Source: a virus (lineage: Duplodnaviria > Caudoviricetes). From it: a stretch of DNA of 58,210 bases. Below the pieces are notes generated by a model. That model was not told the DNA's origin. It saw only the letters and a program-made list of their open reading frames with translations, and made no database searches. Within the stretch, counting starts at the first letter, position 1; each line of letters starts with the position of its first letter. Both the position numbers and the translations under genes were made by a program. Location of the stretch: IMG/VR virus record IMGVR_UViG_3300007735_000763, positions 1-58,210 of that record; one strand, given 5' to 3'. This document shows positions 55,092 to 58,210 of this stretch, piece by piece.

Positions 55092-55744
55092 CATACGACG
55101 AACTGGTCACCAATATTCGTAACTACACCGAAGTGAACTCCAATGTGTTCACTAACTCGGTGATCAATACGTTTATCACCATGGCGGAGAATCAAATCCT
55201 TCGCGAGATCGATCTTGACGTGTTCAAGCTCGAGGTGAGCGGCAATATGACGAGCGGCAACAAGTTTTTGACCGCTCCGAGCGATATTTTGACCCATCGG
55301 TACATGATGATCACGTCTGGGAATGATCAAATCTTCCTAGACTTCCGTGACACGTCGTTTATGAAGGAATACTGGCCGAACGGGGCCTCAACGAGCGTGC
55401 CAAAGTATTATTCGGTGTGGGATCAGAACACGTTCTACATCGCACCGACTCCGAATGCGAACTTTACGGTCGAATTGGGCTATATCTACCGTCCGGCGCA
55501 GCTTTCTTCGACCAATACGACGACTTGGATCAGCAATAACGCCCCGGAAGCCCTGCTTTATGCCTGTTTGATCCAGGCCTATAGCTACACCAAGGGCCCG
55601 GACAACATGCTTCAGTACTTTACGAACTCGTACAAGCAAGCGATCCAGGGCCTCGGCATCGAGCAGCAGGGACGCCGCCGCCGCGACGAGTACCGCGATG
55701 GTATGATCCGCCTGCCGCTCAAATCGGAGTCACCTGGCCCATGA
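55088..55744 (+). CDS. head-tail connector / adaptor protein
   Basis: MTY.EL...I..Y.E...FI..AE...PKYY...APTP...LLYACL. Confidence 0.75.
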   Translation: MTYDELVTNIRNYTEVNSNVFTNSVINTFITMAENQILREIDLDVFKLEVSGNMTSGNKFLTAPSDILTHRYMMITSGNDQIFLDFRDTSFMKEYWPNGASTSVPKYYSVWDQNTFYIAPTPNANFTVELGYIYRPAQLSSTNTTTWISNNAPEALLYACLIQAYSYTKGPDNMLQYFTNSYKQAIQGLGIEQQGRRRRDEYRDGMIRLPLKSESPGP

Positions 55745-56028
55745 TTACTGTTGAAATGCCTGTTATAACGGGCGGAGTTTCGGTCGCCACGACCCAAAAT
55801 CGAGGTTGGGGCATCGAGGAACTCGCCCAACGGGCGTCGGACAAGATTATTTTCGTCGGGGATCAGTCGCATCCGGCTGTCCAGGCGCAGGCGCGGGCCT
55901 TTAAGGACCGTGTTACCCACGTGGTCGCCTTCTATTTGAGGGAGGCGGTCGAGCAAGACCGTGCCACGATTGCCAATCGGCTTCGTGAAGCGGGGCATCC
56001 AGAGCTGGTTCACTTGTTAGGAGAGTAG
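55741..56028 (+). CDS. conserved hypothetical protein
   Basis: TT.NRG...EELA...QARAFK; GGAG SD. Confidence 0.7.
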   Translation: MITVEMPVITGGVSVATTQNRGWGIEELAQRASDKIIFVGDQSHPAVQAQARAFKDRVTHVVAFYLREAVEQDRATIANRLREAGHPELVHLLGE

Positions 56029-56030
56029 AA

Positions 56031-56468
56031 ATGGCATTTTCAGGCAATTACATGTGCACCAGCTTCAAGGTGGAGCTGATGAAGGCGGTGCACAACTTCA
56101 CAACGGGCACCGGAAACACCTTCAAGCTTGCCTTGTACGACAACAGCGCGTCCTTTACGGCCGCGACCACGGCGTATACGGCGACCAACGAGGTGGCAAA
56201 CTCCGGCACGTACTCCGCTGGCGGCGGTACGCTTACAAATGTGACCCCGACGAGCTCGGGCACGACGGCGTTTACGGACTTTGCGGACCTTTCGTTCACC
56301 AGCGCGACGATCACTGCCTACGGGGCGTTGATTTACAACGATACGGCGGCGGGCGATCCGTCGGTTTGTATCCTCGACTTTGGTGGCGCGAAGACTTCGA
56401 CCAGCGGCACGTTCACGATCATCTTCCCGACGGCTGATTCGACTAGCGCAATCATCCGCATCGCGTAA
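56031..56468 (+). CDS. tail-associated structural protein
   Basis: TSFK.EL...FKLALY...Y.AGG.TL...GALIYN...LDFG. Confidence 0.75.
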   Translation: MAFSGNYMCTSFKVELMKAVHNFTTGTGNTFKLALYDNSASFTAATTAYTATNEVANSGTYSAGGGTLTNVTPTSSGTTAFTDFADLSFTSATITAYGALIYNDTAAGDPSVCILDFGGAKTSTSGTFTIIFPTADSTSAIIRIA

Positions 56469-56480
56469 TTTGAGTCGGAA

Positions 56481-57386
56481 GTGGCCGATGCAGTCGTTGC
56501 TTTCCAAGGGTGGAATGCTTCTGGCGTAGGCTGGGGCGAAGACCCTTGGGGTGAGAGCCTCGCGGCACTGCCTACGGGGACGGGCGCGGTTGGCTCGGTC
56601 ACTATTACCGCTAACGCAAGCGTTAGCGTTACGGGCGTTTCGGCCACTGGGGCGGTTGGCACTGTCACGGCCGCCGCCGGGGCCGATGTCTCCGTCACAG
56701 GCCTGGCAGCAACGGGTTCCGTTGGATCGGTTCAGATCACAGGCGATGCCAACGTCAGTCTGACAGGCGTTTCGGCCACGGGTGCCGTCGGCACCGTTAC
56801 GATCAGCGGCGAGGCAAACGTCCCGGTCACCGGGCTCCAGGCCACGGCCTCCGTGGGTTCGGTCACCGTTACCGCTGGGGCCAGCGTCAACGTCACGGGC
56901 GTCCAGGCCACAGGTGCGATCGGCACGGCAGCCGTCACGGGCACGGCAAACGTCACGCTTACAGGTGTTGAAGGCACCGGCGAAGTCGGATCGGTTGACG
57001 TCAATGCCGGCACGGACGTCAACGTCACGGGGGTCGCGGCTACCGGAGCCGTAGGCTCGGTACAGATCACAGGAACGGCCAGCGTTTTGTTGACCGGGGT
57101 CAGCGCAAGTGCGCTCCTTGGCAATGTTACGGTGGTCACGGAACAGAACGTCAATGTCACAGGCGTTTCTGCAACCGGCCAAGTCGGCTCGGTCACTACA
57201 ACTTCAGATGCAAATGTCACACTCACGGGCGTCTTTGCTACGGGCCAGGTAGGATCTGTGTTGGTTTGGGGCGTGATTAATGACAATCAGACGCCCAACT
57301 GGCAGAATGTCGATGACTCGCAGACACAAAATTGGGTCATAGTCAACGACGGCAACACGGTGATTTGGACGCAGGTGGTTACCTAA
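56481..57386 (+). CDS. repeat-rich tail fibre/spike protein
   Basis: About 11 tandem ~21-aa V.VTGV.ATG.VG.V repeats; GWG..PWG N-terminus. Confidence 0.75.
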   Translation: MADAVVAFQGWNASGVGWGEDPWGESLAALPTGTGAVGSVTITANASVSVTGVSATGAVGTVTAAAGADVSVTGLAATGSVGSVQITGDANVSLTGVSATGAVGTVTISGEANVPVTGLQATASVGSVTVTAGASVNVTGVQATGAIGTAAVTGTANVTLTGVEGTGEVGSVDVNAGTDVNVTGVAATGAVGSVQITGTASVLLTGVSASALLGNVTVVTEQNVNVTGVSATGQVGSVTTTSDANVTLTGVFATGQVGSVLVWGVINDNQTPNWQNVDDSQTQNWVIVNDGNTVIWTQVVT

Positions 57387-57398
57387 AGGAAGAATGTC

Positions 57399-58210
57399 AT
57401 GGCTAGTACTTATTCCACTAACCTGAAGATCGAGTTGCAGGCAACCGGTGAAAACTCCGGCACTTGGGGCACGATCACCAACACCAACCTCGGCACCGCG
57501 CTCGAGCAGGCGATCGTCGGCTACGGCAACCCGAGTTACGCCTCGGACGTTAACCTGACTCTGACCTACACGGACACCAACGCCGCCCAAGCGGCGCGCG
57601 CCCTGGTCCTAAACGTCACCTCCGCAGTCAGCCTCACGGCCACGCGCGAGCTGGTCGTCCCGACGATCCAGAAGCAGTACATCGTCCAGAACAACACGAC
57701 CGGATCTCAAAGCATCACGGTCAAGACCTCCGCCGGCACGGGCATCACGGTGCCAAACGGCCGCAAGGCGCATCTCTATGTCGACGGCACGAACGTCATC
57801 TACATGGATGATTACGTCGACATCAACGGTGGTGCGATCGACGGCACGCCGATCGGCGCGAACAGTGCGTCGACGGGTGCGTTCACCACAGTTACTGCCT
57901 CTGGAAACATCACCAGCGGCGGCATCCTGCAAGCCCTTGGCACGGTGCAATCATCCTCTGGCGCAGACTTGTCGCTGAACGCTAACGGCGCAAACCGCGA
58001 TGTGTTTTTGAAGGTCAACGGCACGACGCTGATGACCGTGCAGGGGTCTACGACCAACGTCGGCATCGGCACGACGAGTCCGGCAAGAAAACTTACGATA
58101 AGCGGATCAGGCGTATTTGCCGCAACAACGGGTTCGTCAATTCGCTTGGATAATTCAAGCACAGGCAGATTTGCAATCGTAGACCTTGACAACTCTCAAA
58201 ACATCGCGCT
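57399..58210 (+). CDS. tail fibre protein, truncated by window edge (not in ORF track)
   Basis: AAGGA SD; MASTYSTNLKIELQATGENSGTWGTITNTN; GNVGIGT-like motif near the end; no stop seen. Confidence 0.8.
   Translation, partial: MASTYSTNLKIELQATGENSGTWGTITNTNLGTALEQAIVGYGNPSYASDVNLTLTYTDTNAAQAARALVLNVTSAVSLTATRELVVPTIQKQYIVQNNTTGSQSITVKTSAGTGITVPNGRKAHLYVDGTNVIYMDDYVDINGGAIDGTPIGANSASTGAFTTVTASGNITSGGILQALGTVQSSSGADLSLNANGANRDVFLKVNGTTLMTVQGSTTNVGIGTTSPARKLTISGSGVFAATTGSSIRLDNSSTGRFAIVDLDNSQNIA

Noticed and set aside
1-58210. Prophage, tRNA genes or alternative genetic code
   Set aside because: No integrase, att-linked host genes or cloverleaf noticed; all three stop codons end genes normally and core genes are uninterrupted

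Overview
Most or all of a circularly permuted, ~60% GC, short-tailed (podovirus-like) dsDNA phage genome; no host DNA, integrase, tRNA or CRISPR was seen. Order: lysis cassette with an inserted GIY-YIG endonuclease (0-2 kb); tail and four large internal virion/ejection proteins (3.7-17.4 kb); two minus-strand genes (nuclease, SNF2 helicase); replication operon (SSB-like, AEP primase, UvrD-like helicase, PolA; 19.6-26.7 kb); small accessory genes (alphaCTD mimic, GNAT, HNH); an AT-rich inverted-repeat origin candidate at ~31.7 kb where GC skew appears to flip; TerS and a resolvase; an early cassette (DUF932, amidoligase, class II glutamine amidotransferase); a non-coding tract saturated with GATC/CCWGG/CTCGAG (probable genome end); TerL; three putative cargo proteins; portal, GroES, scaffold, capsid, connector and tail genes, the last running off the right edge. 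Most interesting: (1) a polymorphic cargo locus between TerL and portal, where a duplicated ~110-aa N-terminal leader carries different conflict-type C-termini (PcfJ-like, ART-like), with a recurring hydrophobic-x-x-G-G peptide tag across virion-module proteins; (2) the dense methylation/restriction-site array extending into the early genes; (3) two structured RNA leader candidates. All calls come from reading motifs by eye; counts are manual and approximate, and no database search was run.
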